A stretch of DNA of 64,000 bases from Vicugna vicugna (taxonomy: Eukaryota), in NCBI GenBank assembly GCA_013265495.1, contig MU062317.1, positions 1,178,001-1,242,000 on the forward strand. Direction: 5' to 3'. Within the stretch, counting starts at the first letter, position 1. Each line of letters starts with the position of its first letter. The notes beneath the pieces are model-generated. The model had not been told where the DNA came from. It did no database searches and worked only from the letters and a program-made list of their open reading frames with translations. This document shows positions 1 through 10,767 of this stretch, in pieces. A program made the translations under genes and the position numbers.

Positions 1-471
1 GTGCCCCAGCTCTTTCTCCCCTCTCCCTGCACAATCTGTTTCTTCCCCGAGGACAAACTCACACCCTTCCCTGCTGAACCTCCCGTCTCCAAACCCCCAG
101 GCCTATGGATTACTGGGTGCATCAGAGACCTCTGAGTAAGCTGATGGCTTTCAGATGCTCCCAGCCCTGAGGCGGGTGGCCCCGCCCCAGAGGCCCAGGG
201 GGCACGGACTCTGCCCACAGCAGAGGGGTGGCTGGGATTTGACCCCGGCCCGCTGGGAGCAGAGCCTCTGCTGGTCCTGCAGCCCGGGGCTCAGGGCGGC
301 TGGCCAGGGCCAGGGGACCACAGGACAGCCCAGCCGCCATTCTATTTGACTGTCCCGGAGGCGACTTGCTTGTCTTTTGCAGTGAAACAGACGATCGGGT
401 AGATTTCGGAAAATCACGAAATTCGGGAGACAGGACAGGGACCTGCGGGAAGGGTCTGCTGGGAGCTGTTG

Positions 472-818
472 GTGTTTCCTGCAGCTGCCGAGACTTAGCG
501 ACTGAAAACAAGCCAGAAGCCCCACATCCAGATGTGGGCAGGGCTGTGCTCCCCCGGAGGCTCTGGGGGGCCCTCCAAGGCCTCTCTCCACCTTCTTGCG
601 GCTGCAGCAAGCCGGGCGTTCCCTGGTTTGCAGCCGCATTGCCCCAGCCCTGCCTGCCGGTCACCAGACCTCCCCCATGGATCAGGGCCTCCCCCAACTC
701 AATATGACCTCTCTTAACTCACTACACCTGCAAAGCCCCAATTTCCAAAGCAAATGAGGTCATATTCTGAAGTTCCAAGTGGACATGATTTTGGGGGACC
801 ATGTTCACCCCAGGACAG
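472..818 (-). mobile_element. MLT1 (MaLR) solo LTR, MLT1C/D/E-like, decayed
   Basis: Antisense MLT1 hallmarks: 'gggcagggctgtgctccc..ggaggctctgggg' and 'ctacacctgcaaagccccaatttccaaagcaaatgaggtcatattctgaagttccaagtggacatgattttgggggac'. Matched to remembered consensus. Confidence 0.7.
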
Positions 819-2714
819 GAGTCACCCACACTTGCATGCCACCCAGGCCCCAGCCCCACGGCGTGTGCCGACCCTCCCTGCCTGCGCCTGCAGGACCTGG
901 GAGCAGGGCCCTGTTTATTACCGCCAGACTCCTTCCCGGAGCAGGGCTGTCCTCAGTCTATGGATGCAAGCGGGGATGGGGCCGCGAGGCTCGCCGGTGA
1001 TGGGGTGGCTGAATGTGCCTGACAAGGATACAGAACCAGAGTGCCCCTCCTTCCTGGGGACTCCTAGCACTCCTGGCCAGACAGGCAGAGTGGTGACCAC
1101 AGCGCCAGAAGCCAGCCCCATGTGGACGTGAGACCCCTCCTGCGCCCACCAGCACCGGCCCCAGGGGGAGTCAGCCCAGCCCTGCAGCTGGGACCGCTTC
1201 CCAGCCAGTGCCACCCTCCTGCCACACACGGTGGCCTCGTGGGTGTCTATTAAGTGTGCAGCTCCGGGCTGACCCTGAGCAGGCCTGGTGAGAGTGCAGT
1301 AAAACTTGCAGATGTATTCGAGGGGATCCACAGGGCTCAAAGAATTGATATTTGCTCACAGTCCTGAATGCCCACGAATTAGCTAAGCACACACGGCTGA
1401 CTGGCGGGCATGCAGCTGGGGAGGCGCCTTCTCGGAAGCTCCGATTGCTGTAATTGACGAGGACGATAGCCTTTTAATTGCAGCCCTCCGGCGAGTTGGG
1501 CCGCGGCCCGTGCCCGCCCATCGCCCAGTGACCGTGGAGAGTGAGCAGGTGCTCTCCAGGGCGGCCCTTCTGCAAGCAGGTCGCCTTCCCCAGGCAGGGC
1601 CCAGCTCGGGGGAGGTGTTACCTGGGACACCTGCCCTGGTGGCCATCCTGCTGCCCCGGGAGGGCAGCTGGGCCTGTGACCCCAGAGCAAGAGCCCAGCC
1701 CAGCTCCCCCCACAGCCCCCGCCTCCCACCCTCCCCACTCACAGGCTCCCCATCCCCGACAGACACCTGCCCCCTGGCCTCCTCCACCCCCAGGTCTCCC
1801 ACGGCCTGGACATCTCCCTCCTGGGCTGACCCTGGGTTCTCAGCAGAAATGCTGACTTGTCTGAGGCACCCCCAGACCTCAGGTCAAGGCCCCGCACCTG
1901 ACCCCTCTCTCTCTGCCCTGCTGGTTTTCTTCATCAATGCTTAACCACAAGCTGAAAATACTGGGCTTCTGATCAGCGCAGCCCAGGGTGGGAGGGGGCT
2001 TGTCCCGCCCAGTTCTCAGCCGCCCTCAACCCAAAGGACGTGGCTAGGTGCTGGACCACAGCAGCGGAGGGTGCAGAGGGCACAGGAAGGAGGCCGGGGC
2101 TGCCCATCCACGCCGGGCCCGGGCCAGTGAGAAGCTACCTTACCCGCCGGGGGCTGTTGATTCCGGCTGAGCCTCCCACGCCCTGGGCTCTGCTCTAAGC
2201 CTCCACTTGGCCCCTGCCCCAAGGCACCCACCCACCCCACCACGGCCGGCTGACGTCAGAGGCCAGACCCGCAGGCCACACCTGGGGCTCTGCCGTCACC
2301 ACCTTACGTGCCATCTTTGAATTTGTGCTGGATTAGTGCACTCAGTGGGACTACAGCGGCCTGCTCCCCAAGGGGTCTCGGCCCCCTGCCCCGGGGCCCT
2401 GGCCCTGCCCAGGCCCCCTTCCCACCCCCAAAGCTGGGCATCGCTGAGCTTGACTCTCTGGAGCTAGCACCCTGCAGGGCGTCCGTAGAAGAGGAAGAGT
2501 CGCTCAGGGGGAGGAGACTCGTCCCAAAACAACATGGAAGACCCCTTGTGAGGCTGTGGCTTAGGACATGCAGGGCAGGTGGTCCCCCAGTCCCTGGCCT
2601 CTGGGGGTGGGAGGCTGAGGGGCCTGCCTCTGGGTGGGGGGCCTCGGGGGGTCCCAGAGCACAGGCCTGTGCGGGCATCCTCAGGGTCTGGTGGAAACTG
2701 GGAAGGTGCTGGGG

Positions 2715-3900
2715 GTCTTGGCGGGCACAATTCATTATTCTGCTTCCATAAAGTCACTAAAGTGGCGACCAGCCTTGAAATTGATTCCTGATTGGCGCGG
2801 GTTGGAGGCCATGTTGAATTAATGATGCAGCTGCCAAACCGGTTTATAGCAGCGGGGTGGGGGGAGGGGGGCGGAAGGGGACTGACTTCAAATAAAAGAG
2901 GTTTTGGTCCACGTTATGTTTTNNNNNNNNNNNNNNNNNNNNNNNNNNNNNNNNNNNNNNNNNNNNNNNNNNNNNNNNNNNNNNNNNNNNNNNNNNNNNN
3001 NNNNNNNNNNNNNNNNNNNNNNNNNNNNNNNNNNNNNNNNNNNNNNNNNNNNNNNNNNNNNNNNNNNNNNNNNNNNNNNNNNNNNNNNNNNNNNNNNNNN
3101 NNNNNNNNNNNNNNNNNNNNNNNNNNNNNNNNNNTATTAGCTACTAAAATTAAGAAAGGGCAGGGCTGTTTCACAGCCAGATAATTAAGTACCGTTTTCT
3201 CTTTTTTAATTCTATAAAATTAAACTTCCTGTTTTAAAGGTCTGGAGAGGCCTTGGGCAAAGGGTGCAGGGATGAGCCCTGAGGGCAAAGTCAGGGAAAC
3301 AACAAAGGCCTTATGTGCCCGAGACTGTAAAACACGGGGCTTGGGAAAACACGCTGCAGTCAGCAAAAAATTGCAGGTCATAAATCAGAGATCCATTTTT
3401 TCACATCATTTTAACTAATCCATTAAATCGTGGTGCCCAGGGCGCTATCAGGAACAGAAGCTGCGGCCGCCCCACACCTCCGCCTCCCCTGTTGCTCAGA
3501 CACCCTGAGCCGGGGCCGCAGCGATGAGAGCGGGCGGGGTGGCCGCCCTGGCCCCCTCCTCACCCCATGCTGGTCCCGGGGCCTGACGAGGACCGAGTGG
3601 TGGGGGCAGTGCATCTGTTGTCCTGATGGGGAGACACTTGCTTTAATCCCCAGGGCGAGGGGGCCCGAGGGGGCCTGAGGGGACGGAGGTGTCCTGAGGC
3701 CACAGCCCCTCCAGGAGCTGACCGGTTCCCAAGGCCCGCGAATTTCTTTCACATCATGGCTGGGAAAATAAATCTTAGATCGCGCCACAGGCCCCATAAT
3801 TTTATTTCATTTTGGTTGTTTGGGGGCCTTTTTGCTTGTATGTATAAACAAATTCTTAATGACTTTTTAGAAATATCTAGTAACACAGCCGGGGGATTGC
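2715..3900. promoter_or_regulatory. Candidate enhancer cluster (AT-rich, homeodomain/FOX/MEF2-like motifs) interrupted by the gap
   Basis: Non-repeat AT-rich islands in GC-rich background: TGATTGG 2789-2795, GAATTAATGA ~2817-2826, CAGCTG 2828-2833, CTAAAATTAA 3144-3153, GATAATTAAG ~3180-3189, TAAACA 3845-3850. Function is inferred. Confidence 0.5.
2923..3134. other. Assembly gap (212 N)
   Basis: Run of N directly visible, just downstream of a G-tract-rich stretch (2854-2880). Confidence 1.
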
Positions 3901-4899
3901 TTGGTGGTCCCAGACAAACTGATGGGGGCACTGAGGACTGAGGAGGCAGCCCCAAGGGCCGGATCAGGGAGCTGGCTCCCGTCCACCACCCCACCGGGTT
4001 CCCAGCACGGGTCTTTCCACAAGCCACATCGCAGGTTCTCCCCTTGTCCCTGAGGCCTCCGCCTGCTTCCGGCCCTCTAGTGGTGACTGTGTGGGTGACC
4101 CGCCTGGGATGACCGTCCGCTCCACGTGGGCCGCTCCCCAATCCGGAGCTGGGCTGGAGGGAGGCCAAGGGTCAAAAGTCGGTGTGAAATCTGGAGGTGC
4201 TGCCCGCAGGGAGCCGGGGTGTGGGCTCTCGGGGACCTGGCCAGGTGGGGACAGAGCGCGCTTCCTGCCTGGACACGGGAGGAGCGCCAGCGGGAGTCCT
4301 GTGACGGTCACAGGTTGCGATCACATCGGCCGGCCTGTGAACGTGGCTTTTCATCTGGAGGGAGGCACGACTGGCGCTCCAGCCCCGAGGGTGGCGGCCC
4401 CCTGAGCTTTGCAGAGAGCGGAGCTCCTGTGAGCAGGATGGACGGTTTCCATCAGGCGGGGATGGGCCCTCCGACCTCAATGCGCCTCAGGGGCCCGGCG
4501 CTCCGGATAGCAGACCTACGTGAGCCACACGGGGGCCAGTCACTCTCGGCCCCTGGACCCCCGCTCCCCAGCCCATCCTGACCACAGGCTGCCCTGAGAT
4601 GTGGGCTCACAGCAGGCCTCCCGGGTCAGACTCTTCTGTACCTTTGTGGAAACGCACAGGCTCATTTTCACAGCAAAATACTTGCTAAAGCTTCAGAGAA
4701 AAATGTAAGTCTTTTTCGTGGTTATTAAGGTTTCAGCCGAGTCAGGTCATCAGACGTCAGACATCCGTACAGACGTTCTCACCCCAGATCGCCTCTAAAG
4801 TGCACCTCCGCTCCTCTGTTCTGGCAAGGACGCCCCCCGGGGAGGCCACCCAGGCCAGGCTGTGCCACTCGGAGGAGGCCCGAGGGCCACCCGTAGGCT

Positions 4900-5046
4900 G
4901 ACACGCACGCACACCCCCAACAACACTAACACACCGACACACACGTGTGACACGCTCACACACACGTGCAACAGACTCACACACACGTGCGACACCGACA
5001 CACACTTGGACACGCTCACACACGCGGACGCGCTCACACACGCTTG
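4900..5046. repeat. Degenerate CA-rich tandem tract (units like GACACGCTCACACACACGTGC)
   Basis: Directly visible imperfect (CA)n/CACG repeats. Confidence 0.85.
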
Positions 5047-6819
5047 TCCAGGAGACACCGAAGAGCATTTTTCCATCAGTCGGGTTCCATCCCCCTGTTC
5101 TGGGGATGAAGGGCTGCGCACGGCTGCAGTGCCGCCTGCGAGACCCCCGCTGTCTGGTGGGGGGCGGTCGGGCAGTCTGTGTGCTCTGACCCGAGCCCGG
5201 CTCCCAGCACGGCTGTCCAGGAGCGGCCAGCAGCCCGGGGTCCCCTCTTTTCCAGGGGCTGGGGAGGACCCCTCCCCTGGTGGTAACACCAGCGAGACTG
5301 TGACACCAGCGAGTGAGAGAAGGACCCAAACGAAGGGGCAGGGTCCCCGGGGGGCCACAGGTCCTGAGACCTATAGAAGGAGGGACAGAGACGGGCACCC
5401 AGGTGGGAGCGGACCACCTGACAGTTCACTGACAGTTCAGGTGCCCGGCTCTGGGGGCCGACTCCACCCCACCTCACAGCCCCTCCAGCTGGGGGCCAAC
5501 CGTCAGCCACAGGGCTCATGCCTGGCACAGGGCGGGTTTATTAATATGAATGTTCCATAGATGTGTTAATAACACGCATTTATTTATTTAATGGGTCAGT
5601 TTTATTTTTAAAGTAAGGTTTCATGAGCGTCGGTGCGGGGAGGACCGAGGTGTTTCTGTAACGGATGGTCCTGGCCGAGCGGCAGCCACGGCCGCTGCGT
5701 GGCAGGCAGGGGCCGGCGTGGGAGGCCTGGGGCACTGGCCGATCTCATTGAGGCTCCGCGTGGATGTGGGGCCCTCTGTCTCTCTCTGTCTTTCTGTCTC
5801 TCTCTCGCCGTTGACTGCATTTCCTTTCTAGGGTTGGAATCGTGCCTCCAAGTGGAAATCGATTTTTCCCACATCAGTGTCCTGATGGCCTGTGAAGCGG
5901 GTGTCCAGAGGGCCAGCAGTCCCCTCGATGGACCCCAGGGCTCGGCATCCCCCAGGAGGCCCCTGCAGAGCCAACCCAGCACTCACGACCCACCCGGTCC
6001 CAAACCCCAGGGAGGAAGGCAGGTCTGGGCCAGGAGGACCAGTGCCCTTCAGCACTTTAATTGGCAACAGCCAGCAGACGCAGCCACATCTGCGGGTCAT
6101 TTCAAAGACAATAAATCAGGGTCTTTCAAGGCTGGCGCCCTGCCAAGGCGGGGAGCAAGGCCGAGGACAAGGCAGCCCAGTGGCCCCGGGTCCAGGGTGG
6201 CGCAGGAGCCGGTGGTGGCGGGACCGGGGAGAAATATATGAGATTTGTCTCCGACGAGACTTTGTGGTCAGCTCGGGGCTGGAAGTCTATCATGAAGGAA
6301 TGTGCCCTCAGTGAGAGCAAGGTCTACACTAAGGGCTGCTGGGTTTGGAGGGACCCTTGGCTGTGAGCATGGCCCACAGGGCGCCTGATTCAGAGGGCAG
6401 GGGTGACAGGGTCCTCAGGGGTCAGCAAGGAAGGCCTTTCCAGCTCCAAATGGGGGAAACTGAGGCCAGCAGGGAGGTGACATGCCCTAAGCCACTGGCA
6501 GCCCCAGCACAGAACTTAGCCCCCCACTCTGCCTGAGAACTGGGTCCACGGCCCCACCTAGGGAGCCGGGACAGAGCACCTCCAGAAGTGAGTCTGCTCA
6601 GCTCTAAGCTGGATCACCGGCCCGCGGCCGGGCGGCACTGCAGGAAGGTGGGCATACTTCAGGGGCCCCCACAGCAGCAGTGACACAGCAACACCTGAAT
6701 ATGAGCCCCTGGCCCCCCACACCCAGAGCATCCCCTCTTCGGGGTTATCCTAAAATCCAAGTGCCTCTGAGGGGTCTACTTCAGAGGAGACCCCTTTTGA
6801 ATCATCATCGTCACCAGAG

Positions 6820-6985
6820 ATCAGCTCCATTTAATCCCCAAGAACTCTATGACAGACACCACCCCACTAAGCCCATTTTACAGATGAGGAAACTGAGGCA
6901 CAATGGGTTTTAATAACCTGCCAAAGTTACACAACTAAGTCGGTGGCAGGGCTGGAATCAAACCCAGGAGCCCACACGCCTCCTT
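6820..6985 (-). mobile_element. MIR SINE fragment
   Basis: MIR core antisense 'cccattttacagatgaggaaactgaggcaca...aacctgccaaagttacacaactaagtcggtggcagggctggaatcaaacccagg'. Confidence 0.9.
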
Positions 6986-6999
6986 CTCTGAAAGAAGGG

Positions 7000-8225
7000 A
7001 GACAGGGTTGAAATCAGAAGATGCATTCAGGAGTCCAGCCACTGACCAGGAGGGCGAAACAAAGAAAACCGAGAGAGCCCCAGGAATGAGAACTGACCCG
7101 CACCGAGGCATAGCGTCACGAGTCGTCCTAACACTGGGGAGAGAGGTGCACTTAAAAGTTTCCAGAGAGCAGAGAGCAAAGCACATCAGACACAAAGGAT
7201 CAGGACTAAGACGGCATTAGCAACACTTCCAAAATTCAGAAGGGAGTCATTTCCAGTCTAGACACCAGGACCCAGGCAAACACACAATCAAGGTAGAACA
7301 GAGGTAATTTCAAAGATCGAAAGGCTTCCAAAAATTTCCTTCCCCTGAGCCTTTTCTCAGAAAGCTACTTGAGGATGTGTGCCAGCAAGTCAAGGGCAAA
7401 AACCAAAAAAATAGATTAAATGGGGTCCAGGAAACAGGGACTCCAAAACCAGAGAGAAGCAGAGAAATCTGCAGGGTGGTGGAGGGAGCAAGTCCCAAGA
7501 CAACCGCCACACTGGTGGCCGCGAGAAGAGGTGAGCTTACGTCCTGGTGAAACAGGACAGTCTTGATTTATGCCTGTCTCCCGGCAAAAGTGTCAACAGC
7601 ACCCCCTCCACTCCCAACGCGTCCCAAGTGAAATGAAAACTAACAGGCAACCAAAACAGTGGAAAGGAAATAGGAGGGGCCAAGAGGACAGCTCCAAGGA
7701 AAACGAATGAGTGAAACACACAGAAAGCGGGTGTTTGGGGCCAATTCTAGAGAACTCTTTGCTCTTTAATCAGTGACAGCTGCATGGGGACTTATGCAAA
7801 TGAAAATATAAGGCACTGGCTAACATGGGCAAGTAAAAAAAGTTGCTGAAGAAGGGAAATGAGATCATAGGTCTTTACGTGGCTTGGCCGAGAATATTAT
7901 CCACACGGTCGTAAGAAAGTAAACCCTGAAAACTGATGTCATAAAAAATTGTGGTGTGACGGAACTGACAGGTGTGTGTGAAGAGGGTTAAATCCTCTTC
8001 CCCCAGCAGCGCAAAGGCAACAGGACATATTAAAATTGACATACGATTTAAACATGTCGTTTTAGAACATAAAGATAAATACAGAAAAACGTCTGAAGGA
8101 GCTGTAAATGGCTCTTCTGGGCACCAGAAATCAGAGGGTTTGGAGAGCTGGGGGGTCGTTCGCTCTCCTTATCAGCCTTATACTATGTAAGTGTATAATT
8201 TTGACGAAATATTTCCGTGTATAAC
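7000..8225 (+). mobile_element. HAL1 (half-L1) element, decayed ORF1-like region plus 3' region
   Basis: Translates to 'HLKVSREQRAKHIRHKGSGLRRH' and 'PFLRKLLEDVCQQ', resembling the L1/HAL1 ORF1 C-terminus. Downstream 'ggggtccaggaaacagggactccaa' and 'agaagggaaatgagatcatagg...gtaaaccctgaaaactgatg' follow the remembered HAL1 3' consensus. The segment is A-rich. Confidence 0.75.
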
Positions 8226-9307
8226 TCAGATACAAAGTAAACCAATTGAAAAAGGAGAAAGTGGGAGACCACCCGGGCGAGCTTCGCTTCAGGGCCACCT
8301 GGAGGTCCCCCTGGTTAGGGGCGTGGGGAACCTCTGGGCATCTCCTTCCGAGTCAAGACCCTCTAGTGGCCCCAGGGCCGCCCCTCCCGGCTGGGACCAC
8401 GTCCTCAGAAACACGGAGAAGCTGGGAAGCAAACCGATGTCGGGGCACACTGTAGGGAGTTGCTACTGCTGACGGACCCTCCCAGACAAGAAGCCCAACG
8501 TGCGGACCCAGGCCAGGTCACCGGGGAGCCGGGTACGATGTCCGGACACAGCCTGGGGACCGCTGAACCATCAGGAAGCGCGGCAGGCGCGCGAGGCAAG
8601 ACGGCTGCCTCCCCCAGGCCGGCCTCCCTCCGCGAGTCCTGTGCTACGTCCCCTGAGCCATCCTCTCCCGCCTCCACAGCCCACCCGGCGGAGCAAGGAG
8701 CCCCCGTCCGTTACTGGATCAGGGTGGGGTCCAGCTCCGCTGGGAACTCCCGGAGAAGGAGTGGACGGTGGAGTTCTTCCCAGAACCCCGGGAGGCCGGG
8801 CCAGCCAGCAGGCCGGGCCATCCCTCTTTTCACTGTTTCTGGAAGCCCCCCAGCTCGTTCCTGCGGGCAGGCTAACCTGGCCCCGCCGCAGGCCCGTCTC
8901 CACGGCCGCGGGCAGCCCAGGCTCTGTGCGGACACGCAGATCTGCAGAGCCGGGCACAGCAGACACTGCTGCAACACACTCTTCGCTTTGCAAGATGCTC
9001 CCTCTGGTGTCCCCTGCGAAGGGGCTGCCCGGCTGCCACCTGCAACAGGGCCTGGGCCCCAGGAGAATGGGCAGAGCTGAGAGGGACCGTGTCGGAACCC
9101 CGACCATTCGAGCCCCCATATTGTGCTGACTCCATGCAGGCTCGCGGGGGGCAGGCTTTGGGGACTGTGGGTGGGCTCTGAGCTGAGCCTTTGGGCTTGG
9201 TTTCCACCAGGCCCCTTCTGGCGGCCCTCGGAGACCTGACCACCAGCTCCCGGAGCTAGCATCAATTTCTCACCTTCCTTAGCAGCAGGCTTCTCTCCTG
9301 CTGAAGG

Positions 9308-9476
9308 GTATGTGTGTGTGTGCATGTGCATGTGTGTGTGTGCGCACGTGTGTGCAAACGTGTGTGTGCACCTATGTGCGTGCACATGTGTGTGGACCCG
9401 TGTGTGCGTGTGTGTGGACCCGTGAGTGTGCACATGTGTGCAGATCCGTGTGCGCACACGTGTGTGTGCCTGCACA
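9308..9476. repeat. Degenerate (TG)n/TGCA/TGCG tract
   Basis: Directly visible alternating purine-pyrimidine low-complexity tract. Confidence 0.9.
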
Positions 9477-10767
9477 CAAAGGTGCTGCGGGAAGAGTCAG
9501 GAGACAGGGCAGAAGCAGTGAAACAACACAGAGGACCGACGTTCCTTCTCGCTTTCACATCAGGCGTCGTCCACAGAGCTGGAAGCGGGGCCCCTCCGAG
9601 GGTCTGTGCATGGGCCCCCATCTCTCCCAGAGACCGAGGCCCTCCCTCTGCAACCAAGTGTGGGCCCCTGAGCAAAGTGGGCCCTGTCTTCTTCATCTTT
9701 GTCTCCTGACACTGGGAATGCCAACCTTCTTAAATCAAAACCACAGAAACACTCAAACCCAGGGCTGGAGAGCAAAGCCCAGAGACGCCCGCCCTGTGAC
9801 CACAGTGGGTCTGATCCACACAAACCAGGGGGAAGGGATGTCACTCCGGGAAGCCGGCATCTGGGTCCCCGCTCTGAGACCCAAGGACCTGAGCGATCAT
9901 GGGTGCAGTGAGGACACAGTCTCCAGGAAGACACAGGTGGGTCCCTGCGACCACCACGCCCCATGAGCTGGCTCTGCCCCATGCAGGGGCTGCGGGGATC
10001 GGCGGGGCCCGCACGGCACCCAGCCCCAGGGAAAAAGCCAGCGCCGAGTCCTCACTCCTCCCCTCCGCCCTCCTCCTGCTGCGGGAGCACTTCCGGGCAG
10101 GCCCACATTCCAATACCGCTCGCCTGGGCCTGGTGTTGAAAGACGGTACCAATGATAAATTAAATGAGAAGGAAACGGCTGAGGGCCCCATTCATAACCC
10201 AACGTCCAAGGGCGCCGGGCCCATGAATCTCTCCGGCAAGCGCTGCGGCGGCATAAAGGTCCGATTCACGCAGGAGCCGGCCTTCCAGCCCTGCCCGCCT
10301 TGGGGGACAGAGTCCCGGGGACAGAGGTGGGAAGGCGGAGTCCCAGGGACGGAAGCTGGCAGATGGAGACTGTGCACGGAGACGGGGACGCACACTCGTG
10401 GACCGGCCCCTGACCTGTTGCTCCAAAGTGGTGTTTCCCTCTTCCTGCCCTCCCCTCTCCCCTTACCCACATAGGAGGGTGCCTGGTCACCCACAGGACC
10501 CCCACCTCTCTCCTGGCCTCTCCGCCTCTCTGGAGGCCCAGGTGTACTGAGAATGGCTAATTGTAAAAACGTGTGACTGGGGCAGCCCCCCCGCGTGGCA
10601 TGTTTCCGAGGTAATGAATTCAAGCACATGGAGATGCCAGCGTGGAGCTCGGGGCCGGAAAGGGGAGGGGGCTCCGTCCCCTCCCAAACACGCTCCCGGC
10701 CACTTAATCTTCCACCTGGGTCAGCGCAGCAATGGCTTCGCTCCGATTCCAAGACTGTGGTCGGGCC

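Noticed and set aside
340-460. Acceptor 'cttgtcttttgcag|' followed by SETDDRVDFGKSRNSGD
   Set aside because: No convincing donor and the peptide is not recognised.
8711-9966. Long His/Thr- or Cys/Val-rich ORFs (254 aa, 218 aa and others)
   Set aside because: They are translations of the degenerate (TG)n tract, not coding sequence.
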